A DNA stretch of 64,000 bases from the human T2T-CHM13v2.0 reference genome, Homo sapiens: the NCBI RefSeq assembly GCF_009914755.1, contig NC_060936.1. The stretch is one strand, 5' to 3'. The position numbers were made by a program, and so were the translations under genes. Shown piece after piece: positions 1 to 14,244 of this stretch. Numbering within the stretch: the stretch's first letter is position 1; the number at the start of each line of letters is the position of its first letter. The notes below the pieces were generated by a model. That model was given only the letters and a program-made list of their open reading frames with translations, was not told the origin of the DNA and ran no database searches.

Positions 1-133
1 ATTTTTTGTATTTTTTAGGAGAGACGGGGTTTCACCATATTGGCCAGACTGGTCTCAAACTCCTGACCTTGTGATCCGCCCACCTCAGCCTCCCAAAGTG
101 CTGGGATTACAGGTGTGAGCCACTACGCCCAGC
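1..133 (-). mobile_element. Alu (AluS-type), left arm, cut by window edge
   Basis: Reverse-complement Alu motifs CCTCCCAAAGTGCTGGGATTACAGG and GTGATCCGCCCACCTCAGCC. Confidence 0.97.
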
Positions 134-284
134 TGCAAATGTTTATTTTTTAAACGAGAAAACCAACTAAGGTAATCAGGAGTAGGCCCTGTCCCAGAGA
201 CAATATTTAGAGGAATACAAACATCATAATGCGAGGGAGAAAAGACTTTAAGAAGGGTGTTGTTCCTCCCAAACTTCAATCAGT

Positions 285-767
285 TCAAAACTTGAAACTT
301 GAAAGGCCTGTTAACAGGTAATGGTAGATACTGTACATGAAGAAACCTGAGCAGAAGAGGATTGTCACACAGGACAAGGTGAAGAGGGTGTAGACGGACA
401 TCTGCTTCCCCATGATTGCCTGTATAAGGCAGAGATAGGGGCTAGGGAAGCCATGGGTGCTGCAGTGGATGCTGGGTTGGCTCACCATAAGCAGGCGCTG
501 AAACAGAAGGAACAGAAACACCCACCAGCTGCCATCCTGCAGGAGGAAGTAAAGGAGGTACAAAAGCAAGAGCATCTGAAAGTTCAGGATGGATTTCTTC
601 GGAAAAGTGATGTGTTCCTGCATCACCACCACGGAGCCACCCTCCTCTTCACCTACTCCCAACTCCACTGACTTCCCCTTGACCTGTTTTTGGTGAAGCT
701 GAGCCATGAAGAATTCCATAAGGAAGAGGAGGCCTATGAAGATAAAGATAAAGAAGTACAAAGTTCC
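285..767 (-). other. Candidate hydrophobic ORF / exon cluster of unknown gene
   Basis: 158-aa stop-free frame in apparently unique DNA with three hydrophobic segments; internal splice signals (acceptors ending 537 and 420, donor at 485). No homolog recognised. Confidence 0.25.
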
Positions 768-1102
768 TGTTATAGAATCGTAAAACCTTTTTTTTTTTCA
801 AAACACACATTTGGAGAGGGGCAAAGATGGGGATTAGAATGATGACATTGCAAAGAAAGTATCATCAGTCACCTCATCCTGTACTATGTATATTCACTCC
901 AAAAGTAATTTAAGTGCCTATCCTGTGCCTGAGGGTTGGGATCCTTCCAGGGATTCTGCGTGAGATGTACAGCAGGGGGCACCCAGGAACCCTGCCTTGC
1001 TGGATACTCTCTGTGCTGCCGAAGTGAACATGATATTCCCAGATCACCTAGTTGAATGTATTTGGGATTTTCCTCTAGTGTAGTCTTGGTCCTGAGGCTG
1101 AC

Positions 1103-1667
1103 TGTGCCATAAAGACCACAGGATCACACCCAGCGATTTTATGCTTCCTGTGTCCATGCCTTTGTCCAATCCTTTCCTTTTGAGTGCAGGCAGAGACTGT
1201 GACTTGCTTCTAACCAATAGGATATGGCAAAGGATGTCATTTCTGTGTTCTCAGTATGTTATGTAGAAGTCCACTTAAGCAGACTAGAGCAAAAGACTCT
1301 CCCTCGCTGGCTTTGAAGAAGTAAGTTGCCATGTCATGAGAAGGCCAATGGCAAGGAATTTCATGCAGCTTCTTAGAGCTGAGAGTTATCACCAGCTAAC
1401 AGCCAGGAGAAAAATGGGGACCATGGTCATACAACTGCAAAGGAATTGACTTCAGCCAATAACTTTAATGAACTTTGAAGTGAATTCTTCCCCAGTCAAG
1501 CCTGCAGATGAGTATACAGCCTAGTGTATACCTTCATTATTGCTTGGTGAAACCATGGACAAAGGACCCATGCTTTGTCTTCCATATCAACTGTGAGATG
1601 ATATATGAGTTGTTACAAGATGCTAAGTTTTTGGAAATTTGTTACACAGCATTGGAAAATTAATGCA
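1103..1667 (+). mobile_element. MaLR LTR (MLT1G/F-like)
   Basis: GACTTGCTTCTAACCAATAG, GAAGTAAGTTGCCATG and 3' end AAGTTTTTGGAAATTTGTTACACAGCA typical of MLT1. Confidence 0.8.
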
Positions 1668-2722
1668 CTGACTCTGGAGCCACCACAATGGTACAAGAGT
1701 CAAGGGCTGAGTAACCTCAGCATTAGGCATAAGTGGAGACAATTCTTGGCTTCTTGCAAGATCTGGCCCAGCCATATTTTAGGAGGCCTGAGCATGTTTT
1801 AGCAGAGAGTGCTTGAGACAGAGACCACTGCTGCTGTGGCTTCTGCCCCTTCTCCCTAGATAAGAAAGCTCCTGCATTCTTAGCCCTGGAAAAAATGCTC
1901 ATGGTTCTGAATAGATCCATCCTGTTTTGGATTTGGGCTCAGCAAGGTGGGACATGAAGTCCCAGAACCATCAATTGTATATGCAATTACAAGTAAGTGA
2001 CCTGCTGGACTCCACAACCTCAGCAGGCACAAGGCTCAACAGTTGGAGTTGCTTGCTGCCACTTCAACGCTCATCCTAGGCTAGGCATCTTTGTGCACTG
2101 AGTAAGCTGCACAACTATTTGAAGGGCCCTGGGAGGCCTCTTTTTGAAACTCAGTTGGGTTTGTGGGAAGGCCAATACCCTGTGGGTGAAGTTCTACCCA
2201 ATGAATGTTTGTAGTTCTGTAGAAGACAGGTTACCTCTCAGAGCTGCGGGACACTTTAGGGGTGAATCAGAGCCAAATATTGCTGTATACCTAATGCCTA
2301 TAATTAATTTTTGGTACATAGTAGGGGCTCAATAAATATTTTTGGGGCACACAGACTGTAACCATAGGCTCTCAGAGAATCTTGATGTTGTTCCTAGGGT
2401 TTGTAGGTCATGGTAATGCTATTCTCAGGCAAGTTCACTAAGAGTCAAAACTCAAATGTCTGCTTACATCACAAGTAAACCTTTCATGGTCACTCTCCCT
2501 GGGTTTATCCTGGTTGCAGGCAATGGTTCCCAGTCATTGAGCCTGTATCATCTTGTTTCAATGGATAGATGGAGGCTACCTCAGATGCTTCAGAGGAACC
2601 ACAAAGGAAGGACAGTTTGGATAGCAAAAGCAGTCAGTCAGCAGCTATATTTGAGTATTTACTTGTCTAGTTGAAGATTGTTCCAGGCAGAGGGAACAAC
2701 AAGGGCCCTGACCTTGAGATGG

Positions 2723-3291
2723 TGTATTGATCAGTGTTCAATGGCCCTACAGAACAGAAATCATCTGGTGAGAAAAGAAACCTTACCAGTAATTCAAGTA
2801 GGGAGAATGTAACACAAAGACTTAACTAGTAAAAAGTAATGACTGAAAGTGGCAAAGAAAGGACTTTAGGGCATCCAGAAGTAGCAACTGCAGGAAGCAG
2901 CTTCCACGTCTTGGGCTGAGGAAGGAGCTAAGAATGGCATGGATTCAGACGATTAGGAAACTTGCCAGAATGTGTGGGTTTGAGCAACTTGCCAGAGGGT
3001 ATAGGTGGGAGGTGGTCCACAAGAACTACTTAGATGAGTGCTATCAAGTCTCCTGCACACCAGAGAACCAACTGCTACACCAAAAAAAAAAAAAAAAAAA
3101 AATAGCACACTGGAAGGAATTCCCTTGTTTCTACTATTACCTCTTAGTGTCCTTCCAGTATTATCTATTGACAAATTCTAACATCAATCCATCTAACAAA
3201 AGAGAAATTTTTACAGGGTCCAGCTCCAGTATCCAAAACAGGGCAAGAAAGGGTAGATTTGGAGCTGAGCAATATGTTGATAACTGGCACA
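2723..3291 (-). mobile_element. ERVL LTR (LTR33/LTR41 group), 3' LTR of adjacent provirus fragment
   Basis: Minus strand starts TGTGCCAGTTATCAA...CTCCAAATCTACCC...GATACTGGAGCTGGACCCTGTAAA; aligns along its length with the LTR at 38750-39390. Confidence 0.75.
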
Positions 3292-6200
3292 GCCTACATT
3301 TTTGGTCACTCAACTTCCATATATGTCCTTCTACACACATTTGAACAGTCAACAATGAAACAAGCTCCAGCTGTCCTTTGTACAAGTGAAGAAGTTCTCA
3401 CACTTTCCCCAAAATGGAAACAATCACTCCCAAAAGACATTATTCATTGCTGATTATATTCAGTACCTCCAAGTTTAGTCACAGTCATTCTGCAAATTTG
3501 TTACCTGATAACTGAATTATAAAGTTAACCTTCAACAACTTGTGTATAAAATCAGGGAAAGAGGAACAGAGAAGAAAATAGTTACTATATACAAATAAGT
3601 ATATATACAAAAAGTATACAAATCTACTGCAATCTTTATAATTAGTTATAAGGTCACAGTAGCTATCTTTGTCTTCCTTCTCTACTTCCCATTCATTTTT
3701 TTGTCCTCATCCAGAAGCTTAACTAGATGGGGTTCTTATCCTAGTAGGCTGACCCAAACCATCATTTCTGAAGAGTATGACTCCCCAAGAGTCTTGACTT
3801 TTTCTTTTTTTTGCTGTAGTTTTCAACTAAACTTTACTATTGGGCATGAAAAGTATGCAGGCTTCTAGATATAGCTCTCCTTGTCCCCCACTGTGTAGCA
3901 GCAACCAAATTTCTCATTGGCAATTGTGATCAATCACTTCAGCCAGTAGAGTAACCCTTTCTTCTTATTGGTTCAGTGGTGTAAGCTACCCCAAATGGTC
4001 AAGCGGCAGTCTATCTTCCAAATCAATGGAACCATTGTTATATCCTTTAATTCCCTCTTGGGAACCAAGACCTCCAAACCAGAAGAACTCTAGGTTGCTG
4101 AATGGGAAGCAAAAAATTCTGCTAGTGTTTTACTACGTATAATAGTGTGTTTCTCTCACTTTCACCTTTGATTGCCAGACACGTATGTTTTGGTTGTATG
4201 GGAGATGGCACCATATAGGGATCTCTGGTTCAAAGCATATACTGCAGCTTGTAAGACAGACAACATTCTTTCAGGGTGTTATCTCACAATTGACAGCATA
4301 GCTGACTTTTCAGTGAGCCAGTCTAGCTTTCAATTAAGCCAGCTGTTCCTGGGTGATGGGGTATTGTGGTAAGATTCCTTGGGCATGGGCCTATTGCTAT
4401 ACTTCCTTTACTGTAAAATTTGCTCCTTGATCAGGCACAGTTAATGAGACATTTCATGAGTCTGCAGAGAGTGGTGCTGACAGAAACATTTAAGGCAGGA
4501 AAGCTAAATCCTTATCCAGTAGATGTGTCTATTCTAGTGAGGAAAAATCTCTTATCTCTCAATGGTGGAAGAAGTCCAGAGTAATCAACCTGCCATCAGG
4601 TGGCTGGCTGGTCCCCTGGGGAATGGTTCCCTATGAGCCTCAGTGTTGGTGTCTTCTGTGAGTAGATTAGGAACCCATCAGGAGCAGTGTCCAGTTCATT
4701 GGGGATATCCATATTGTTGAGCTCATGAATAGCCTCCATCTCTCCCACCATGGCCACTGTATTCATGGGTCCCATTGAGCAATCAATGGGGTGGCTGAGG
4801 AACATAGCTGACTGACCAACACGGTACACCATTTTGTCCACTTGGTTATTGGGAGCTTCTTTGGTAGTGGATGTCTGATTTGGTGAGCATTTATGTAAGA
4901 CAAAAATATCTTCACCCTCTGTGCTGGCTCTGAGAGTTCCTTCCACATACCTTTTCTTCAGAGTTCTTTGTCACCAATCATTAGGTCTGGTTCCTTTTAA
5001 GTCCCTCACCATCCAGACAAACTGTTAACAACTGCTCATGAGTCATGTAGATATTTAATTCTAGCTATCTCTTAGTATGGCAAACTGGGCAACCAAACAT
5101 ACTGGTCAAAATTTTGCCCACTTGAACAATTTTCCTTCACTATTCCCCCTCCCACCCTGCCAAAGATCATCCCTTAATGGAGTCTTATGCTGCAGCTTTC
5201 TACTTCTGTGTGGTCAATATATGATGCAGACCCATCTGTAAACCAGTCTCTAGTTCTTTATTCTTAAGGCAGTTGGGCTAGTGGAACTCTCCATGAGGCC
5301 ACAGGCCTGAATTGAGGGAGAGGAGTTAATGTAGGAGGTGTTATATCAAAGGAATATAACTTACTTGTATCTGAAATCTCCTTGAGCTCAGATGCTTTTA
5401 TAGCATTTCCACTTGATGATCGATTTCTGCAGTGTATACCCAACCTTATGACTAACATAACACAAAGTTCATGATGAGAAGCTCAGCCTGCATGGTCACC
5501 TAAAATCCTATTGATGGCAGCAGCTGCTGCCATCTTCCCTGCTGTAGGCTGCAGCCAGGAGGCACGGCTGGGGCTGCACACTCCATGGAGCTGGTGGGAG
5601 CCCCGTCCCTTCTGAGCTGGGGCAGAAGCTCCTCAGGTGCTGCTGTAGCTGCCCAAGCTGTGGCTGCCAACCCAGGCCCCCAAGTCTATGGAGCAGGTAG
5701 GAGCCCTGCCCCCATGGGCAGGGCTATAGCTGCCCAAATTGCAGCTGTGGATCCAATTGTTGGTGTGCTCTTGTTGGGTGTGCCCAGGAGCAGGCAGGAT
5801 CTGCCCTCCCAAATGCAGCTGCAGCCTCCCAACCCATGGCTGCAGACCTGGACCTCCCACTCCCTGGAGCAGGTAGGAACTGGGGACAAGCAGGAACCCC
5901 ACCCCTTCTAAGTTGGCTGGGTAGGAGCTCCCTGGGTGCAGCTGCAGCTGCTCTCCCAGGTGCAGGACCTGGGCATCTCTGCAGCTTGCACCCTCAGGGG
6001 CCGGAGAAAGTCCCCCATCCCTGCAGGCTCAGGGCTGCCTGGCCTCTCTCCTCTGCTAGTCCTTGCTCTGATATCAAGTGGGGTTGAGGCCAAGCCTGGG
6101 GGCCATGAATGGCAGCGGGAGGCAGACAGATTCCTGGAGAGAAGGGGGTGGGTCCCTGGTAAGGCCCCTCCCTCATGCCAGGGAGGGCCTGAAGGCTGGG

Positions 6201-8375
6201 GGCTGGGCTGCCAGTCCCAAGGACTGGAGTTCGGACTTGTGGTGCCCACTCCAGGCTGCCCATGGCCATCCATGGACCGTGCACTTCCTCCCCTCTGAGG
6301 TCCATAAAAGCCCCAGGCTCATCCAGAGTGAGGCAGAGGGCAGAAGACTGAGAGATGATGGGATGACCAGCTGTATAGAGGAGCTGCTGTCTCTGCTGAG
6401 AGCTTCAGATACCTGCAGAGACCTCTGAATGACCTACCTGCAGAGAGCAGCCACCCTCCCCAAGGCGTCCTCTCTGCTGAGAGCTGAACACTTGATGGGA
6501 CAACCTGCCTACAGCAAAAAGATACCCACTACAGGTATCCTCCGAGCTGTTCTAACACTAAATAAAGCTCCTCTTCATCTTCTTCACCCTTCACTTGTCT
6601 GCTACTTCATTCTTCCTGGATGCAGGACAAGAACTCATGCAAAGGCACCACTGGCCACAGAGGTTTCTGGGAAGAAAATCGACACCCCAAAGATCCCATA
6701 ACACTATGATTAGATGTTTAATCTTTTCCGAGAGCCAGTAGCAAGCCAGAAAGTATTTCTCAAAAAAGAGAATGATTATCTGCAGAAGAGGGCATAGATG
6801 TATTTTAAAAATCTGAGATGTCTGCATTGTGATTATTCTATGGGTGCTTGCCAGAGGCTGTAAACACATTATTTTCCACAGACACTTAGAAAATCATTGG
6901 ATCCACTGGATAATAAGGTAAGTGGAAGAGCAGCTTGCATTGCAGTCTGAACTTGCTTCAGAACTTTCCCTTGCTTTGATCCTTCCTCAAAACTGTCAGC
7001 CTAATGGGTGACTTAGTTTGAAATCAAGACACATAGTGCTTCCAAAATACAAAGAAGACCACCAAGAATTTTGCTTCTTTCTCTTGTGGTAAGTGGTGCA
7101 AGGCTCAGCATCTTGCCTTTCACCTTGGAGGTGATATCTCAACATGCTCCAGAGCATTGGATTACCAGTAACTTCACTAAGCTGGTATTTATGTGGTATT
7201 TATGTGGTATTTATCTTTTGCCTTGTGAGTCATGTATATCGTACAAAGTTATTTAAATTATTTGCTACTTCCTGCTTAGCAGATTCAATCAGCGTAATGT
7301 TATAAATATAGTAAACCATTGTTATGTTTAGTGGATTGCCAAATGATTGGGATTTCTCTGGGCTGTATTATGATAGAGAGCAAGAAAGTTGATGTAGCCC
7401 TGAGACAAGACTGTGAAAGTATACTGTCTTTTTAAAAAAGCAATCTACTTATAGCTATCTTTTGCAAATTGGTGTGGAGGGAAAAAAAAAAAACAGCACT
7501 AACTAGGCCCACAGTTGCATACCAAGTGCCAGAGGCTGTGTTGATTTGCTCCAGTAAATATACCAACCACATCTGGGACAGTGGCTGCAATCAAAGTTTC
7601 CATCTAATTAAGTTACAATAATCCAGAGTCATTCCCAAAGATCCATCCAATTTTTGCATGGCCCCAACAGGCACGGAGATGAGAAACATATCGCTATTCT
7701 TGTTTCAAGTTTTTGATGGTGACACTGATTTCTGCATTTCCACCTGGGATGTGATGTTCCTTCTCGCTTAGTATCTTGATAGAGAAGGGAAGTTCTAGGA
7801 GCTTCCACTTAGCTCTTCCTATTCAAATCTCCCTCATCATATGGGTCAGAGATCTAATGTGGGGATTCTTCCAGTTTCTGAGTACATTGATTCTGATTAT
7901 ACATTTAGGATCTGGGAAAAGAGCCACAGGGTGAGTCTTTGGACCAACCAGATCCACTGCGAGTGGAACTTTGGCCAAGGCCATCTATCACAGGAGCACC
8001 ATAAGCTCCCACTTTGACTGATGAGATGCAGTGATACCTTGGGTCCTAAGGAATTAGCATCAATTCAGAACCATTCAGAACCAGTGTCTCATAATCCTTT
8101 AGAAGTCTGGGTGATTCTTTTTCTCCAGGGCTTGGTCACTCTAGTCAATGACTACAGATGTCTTCTCTGTAGACATTGTACATGTCTACAGAGGACTTGT
8201 CTGTGGAAAATCTTAGAGGTATATTTACTGTATATATTGTGACAATGCTACAGAGTCCAGTTCTATCAACCAAGGGACTCTGGGGCTATAAATTGGCTTA
8301 GGTCTGGCAACTGGGTTAGAGGCCATGGTTCTCCATTGTGGTGACTCAAACCAGATGTTTTTCAGTTACCTAGAT
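3292..8375 (-). mobile_element. ERVL internal region (gag end, pro/pol remnants), interrupted by MER52
   Basis: Decayed peptides VKIFLSYINAHQ and EAPNNQVDKM (RNase H region) and WPLTQLPDLSQF (gag C-terminus) resemble HERVL proteins. Confidence 0.85.
5512..6703 (+). mobile_element. MER52-family solo LTR (ERV1)
   Basis: TG...CA ends, 4-bp TSD CTAT (5508-5511 / 6704-6707), GC-rich internal GCTGCAGCTGC repeats, AATAAA near 6561. Confidence 0.88.
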
Positions 8376-8550
8376 CAGGAGTAAGCAAATCTTTTCTGTA
8401 AAGGCCAGATAGCAAATACTTTAAGGTTTGCAACCCAACTGGTCTCTGTTAACAACTACTCAACTTCCCTGTTGTAGCAGAAGAGCAGCCATAGACAGAT
8501 GGATGAGTGTGTTTTGTGTTTCAATAAAACTTTATTTACATAATAAACAG
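8376..8550 (+). mobile_element. MER58A-like hAT MITE, right end missing or degenerate
   Basis: CAGGAGTAAGCAAATCTTTTCTGTAAAGGCCAGATAG...CAATAAAACTTTATTTACA. Confidence 0.85.
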
Positions 8551-11500
8551 AGGAAGAGATTCCCCTAATCACCTGAGCCTGTTTATCTTTTCTCTGTCCT
8601 TTCTTTAGAGAAACTTAATTGGGAGGTAATGGAGCCAAGTGAATGACACTTTTGTAGCTATTCATCTGCTTTCCAAACTGTTTAAAATTTAAAAACTCTA
8701 TTAGATCTTCTTTTTAAAGAATAATGCTTTTAATAATTTAATTGTTATTATTTGCTGTACACCTACCTGCAAGATAGGTTTCTTAAGGTTGCTATGGTAT
8801 TCTAATCATATGATGTACATAAAGCATGAAACACTTGTAAAGTATAAAATGCCTCACCATCATCACGTATAGGAAGAAAATGATATGAAAAAGTAGATAA
8901 TGCTCTTTAACAGCCATGAAAAGTTTAAGCTGCTAGAAGAAAGGTCAACAGTAGGATATGATCAGCCCAAGGGAGGTTATTTTGATAAGTTTTCTACAAA
9001 TGGGAAAGGCCCTTCACTGACATCGAGTTCAACAATACTTTTTTCCTATCTTCAGTGAAACAGAGTTTATAGTCATTTTCCACTCTTCTCATTTTTTTCC
9101 CATCCTTTCTAGGGAAAAATGTTCTTTAATCAGCAGCTGCCACAATCTAAAAGGCTTTCAGACTGAGCTACTCTAGGCACAGCCTGAAGCACTTTGCCGG
9201 GGTCTGCAGGAAATATCTAGGCCTATTAGGACACAGTAGATCCCTTGTAAGTCACATTGGCTGCTCTTGCTCCAAGCTACATGCCAATTAGTCTGCAGGC
9301 TGCTATTTATTTGCAATCATTGGAATCATGTCCACTTTGGGGTATCTCTCAAGAACCCCATGACTGGGAAACCAAACGATGCAAATGCCCAATGTTTGTT
9401 ATCAACCTGGATCTCAGATGTGCTTGGCATAATCTACCTGAACCCTTAGAAGATTATTTTGGTGTTAGGAAATGTGAATAAAAAAAAGTGAATATTTTAC
9501 AAGGTAAGGAAGCAACTAGTCATATGCTGTGATTTAGAAGGAGAAATTATAAAGGATTATTAAAAGAAAACCAGTTTTCTATGAGTTGCAAAGGCTATCA
9601 CCATGTGTTTCTATTCTCTCAAAGTTGCTGAAACTGCTCTACATTATCTTTCATGTTGTAATACCAAAAATTGAAATGTACTGCTCTAGGATGTTTGTGT
9701 CATTGGTTTAACTCAAGCTGCAGACTACAAATGGCACTATATTTCTAACATTGCTATAACAAAACGAGGAGGACTGAATAGTTGGAGCAGATGTGAGAAG
9801 TGTTCAGAGATTTGGGGCTCAGAGGCAGAACTTTAAAGAACAGTTGAAATTCTGAATACACTCAGAAAAATGATCTCAAAGTCACTTTAAAAATGCAGCT
9901 TCACATCAGCCAGCTCATGAGAGGCTCTTTGTGAGAGGATACCACTTTCTGATGTAACACGGACTTTCCTCCAAACAAATTCAACCTGGAAGAAAATCCC
10001 CCCAATTAACCAGCTCATTCCTTTCAGATCATTCATCTTACATCAGGTGGATCCACCACCAATACTATTGCGGTGCATGTGCAAACCACATATGTAAAAA
10101 CACTGGCAAAAATATTCAGGTGTCCAAAGAGGTTAACACCTCAAGACAAAAGTTCAACTCCTATCACATGTCCAACTTTAATAAGAAATATTTTCTTTCC
10201 AACTCTGTTTCCTCCTGTTTACAATGCACTTTCTCCAAGCCCCCAACCTCAATTGAGACCACAACAAAAGCTCATGCTAGCAGATCCTGAGCAGGATGTT
10301 TTTCTGACTGACACACTCAGAGAGAAGAAAGACCCCTCAAAATGTTGCTCACCAGGAGGAGTGGGGCTGTTCGGGTGTCATTCTGGCTCTTTCTACTACC
10401 TGCCTCCATTAGCTATTTCTTCTTCTTTTAAAGAAAGGCACACCTCTCACACATTCTGAACGTAACAATACCCCCCTACCTGGAGGGAAATTACTTCCCA
10501 GGGTGCCAGACAAATGTCCAATTTGAAATATCGGTGCTTTCTGGTCAAAGTGGAATAACAGGGACCAGATGTAACCTCTGCCTGAAACACCACCACCGCC
10601 ACACCTTAAAAAGTAAAATACATTAATCAACAGGTGATCTCTGAGGGATGGGAAACAAACAATGTGAGCCCTATAACTGCTCCACCTAACAGCCTTGAGA
10701 GCATTCCTAGGCTGCGGTGCAGGGAGGCAGAACTGAGGTGGGTTCCCCGACGTGAGGAGATGAAGCTTGGTCCTGGGAGACCTGGGCAGCGAGAGTTCAC
10801 AGCAGAGAGTTCCAGAGAGGAGACAGCTGCACAGACAGCCAACTCCAGAGATCTGCAGAGGGACTCTGATGGGAATCAGCACATGCATGTTAGGAAGCTA
10901 CCCAGGAAAGAATTATCAAAAGAGGGAACAGAGACTGTGCTGACGCTGGGCTGGAAACAATGACTGCTCCCACCAAGCAGACTGGAATAACTCTTAATTC
11001 CTAGGGCACTGGACAAAGTACTTAGGAAGGTTTTGCTTCAGTAGTGAGGAATAATTAACCTTAGACTAGGTTCTGTTTCAGAAGTGCCTAAACATCATAA
11101 GAGTAAGACCTGAAAACAGCAAACTGTTTCAAGTAACTCAATTGCATGGAACAAAGCTCAAGAAAATCTATAGAAATAACAAAAATTTCAATCATTCAAC
11201 AATGTCATCTAATCAAAGACAATAAGGCATGTGAAGAGGCAAGAACATACAACCCTCAACAGAGAAGAATGAGTCAATTAAAATCCATGTAGAACTGACC
11301 CAGGTGTTAGAATTAGCAGAGAAGGATATTGGAAGAGTTCCTTTCTACCAAAAGCTTGTAGAAGAATCTTCCTAGCAGCTTGATTTGTAATTGCAAAAAA
11401 TTGAAAACAATCTAGGTGTTTATACAGTTGAATAAGCAGAATACTTGGTGATAAAAAAGATTTTCTAAGAGATGCAACAACATTAATGAATCTCAAAAAC

Positions 11501-12233
11501 ATCATGCTAAGCGAAGAAAGCCAAACATAAAAAACATATTATATGATCCCATTTATTTAAGATTCTCAAGCAGGTGAAGTTATTCTGTGATACTAGATAT
11601 TATATCTGTGGTTGTTTCTGGAATTGGGGAATCAACTGAAAAATAATGCAAGGAAACTTTTAGGGTAAATAAATAGTTTCAATATTGGTAGGAATGTGAG
11701 TTTCAGGAATGTAGGCATTGTAAAAATTGATCAAACTGTACAAACTGTCCATTTCATTCAATAAAAATTTTTTCAAAATATTTTAACAATCCAATAGAAA
11801 AATAGGTACTTTGTATAAAAGCAAATAAAATAGTTGATAGTAAACAAATGAAACTGTGCTTAGTGTCATCAGGATTCCTTGAAAAAGAAACTAGAACCAC
11901 AGTGAGATACCATTTTGCACCCATCAACTTGATGATATTTTAAAATCTGACAGTATTTGACACCATTTCATCACATACTCTGCTGATGCAATATATATGG
12001 AAGCAACCACTTTGGGAAACATTTTGGCTTACTTAGTAATGAAGAAATCCATTCTCTGTGCCCTGAAATGCCACTCTTAGAAATATTTCTTTTTAAAAAA
12101 AGTATTGAGCGTCAAAGATTTGTGGATCTTGTTCGTAACAACGGGGTTTGTGATAACAAAAACCTGAAAACCTGAAGATTTACTTATAGAATTATAAATA
12201 GCAATATAGTCAAACATGGGTTGAATACATTCA

Positions 12234-12847
<614 letters not shown>

Positions 12848-14244
12848 GTAGAATTTAATGAATTTCAGCTACATGAATACATAGATGAATCTCAGGGGTG
12901 TAAAGTCAAATGGGAAAAACATTTCCAAAGAGTACCTACAGTATGCTTCTATCTGTTTGTATCTCAAAAACATGCACAACTAAACCATATGATATTTAAA
13001 GGTACAAACACATGATAAAACAATAAGGACAAGAAGGGAATAATTAACACAATTCTAAACACAGAGTTTGAGAAGGGAGTAGAGCTGGGGAAGGAAATGC
13101 AATACAAAAGTATACATTGTATTGTATTATTTAAACTTTATATATGTTTCACTAAAATTCTTTCTTGCTCACTTTATTTAACACAAAATTTGGTAAAAAG
13201 TGAACCAAAAAGAATATAGAAGGGTAGACTAAGGAATGTGAGATAAAATGCTGAATATGTAAGTTTTTATTATCAATATCAAAATCATTATAAAACTCAA
13301 TTATAAATCTGCCAAATTCTTAATGTAGAAATTTCTCATTTAGAGTTATAAGATCACCATGTAATGAAGACAGAACTGAAAGACTGTTAGTGAATAATGT
13401 TGTTTATAAAACAATGCACCCAGATAAATGTCAAGGTATTATGAAAAGTATTATTTATTCCCAGCCCATAATTAATTGAATGCCCTGTGGAGGCAAGACG
13501 CTCTAGTGTAAAGGTTTTTGTCATTTTTATAAAGATGTTTATTTGTTCTGCTATTTCACAATGCTTGATTATGTGGAAGTAGAATTCATCTTCCCTGCAT
13601 AAACTTTCAAAGTCATCAGAAGTAAACAGGGAATGACTTTGGAGGGAGGAAAAGCGACATATAAGATCCCATTTTGAAACACCTAATATTCAAATTCAAA
13701 GTGTTATTCCTTTCCTTCTGAATACTGATATATGCTTAATGCATGCATGTATGTAAACACGTAAGAGATATCTAGAGGAACTGCATCTGAATCTGAATAA
13801 TGGATTGCCTGTGAAGGGAGACAAATTCTATTCTGACCTTGCAGCCTTTTGCAAAACCAAAGTCTCCAGGTGGAGATCTGCCTAGATTCAGGATTCCACA
13901 TCCTGACTGAGTTGCCAAGTATTGGCCCAAAGGACAGAGAAACACCATATGTACACTGTACAGTGCGTTCTGGTTTACCTAACAGTGCTCTGGAAAAACA
14001 TGCAGTGCAGTCTCAGGGAACACATTCAGCCCTGCAATCCTGGGAGAGTGGTTGCCCACATTCTGGGCTGCTGGGCAAGGGTGGATAAATTACGGAATGT
14101 GAGGCTTGGGAGAGGAGATGCAGCCTCTCTGGTAAAATTGCCCCATTTTTGCCCTAATCTTTGTCTGTTCAACAGATGCTTTTGATAAATTTTTTTTGTG
14201 ATATAAAAACAATTAATGTGAAAGCTACTTTCAGAGATATAGGG

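Noticed and set aside
5585-6701. Many overlapping 80-120 aa ORFs
   Set aside because: They lie within the GC-rich MER52 LTR, where stop codons are scarce.
7183-7215. 11-bp unit x3 (TGGTATTTATG) and other micro-duplications (8064, 58403)
   Set aside because: Ordinary slippage inside decayed repeats.
10073-10963. 128-159 aa ORFs and a possible minus-strand exon near 10481-10582
   Set aside because: Partly overlap old L1M sequence, use non-ATG starts, have weak splice context and no recognisable homology.
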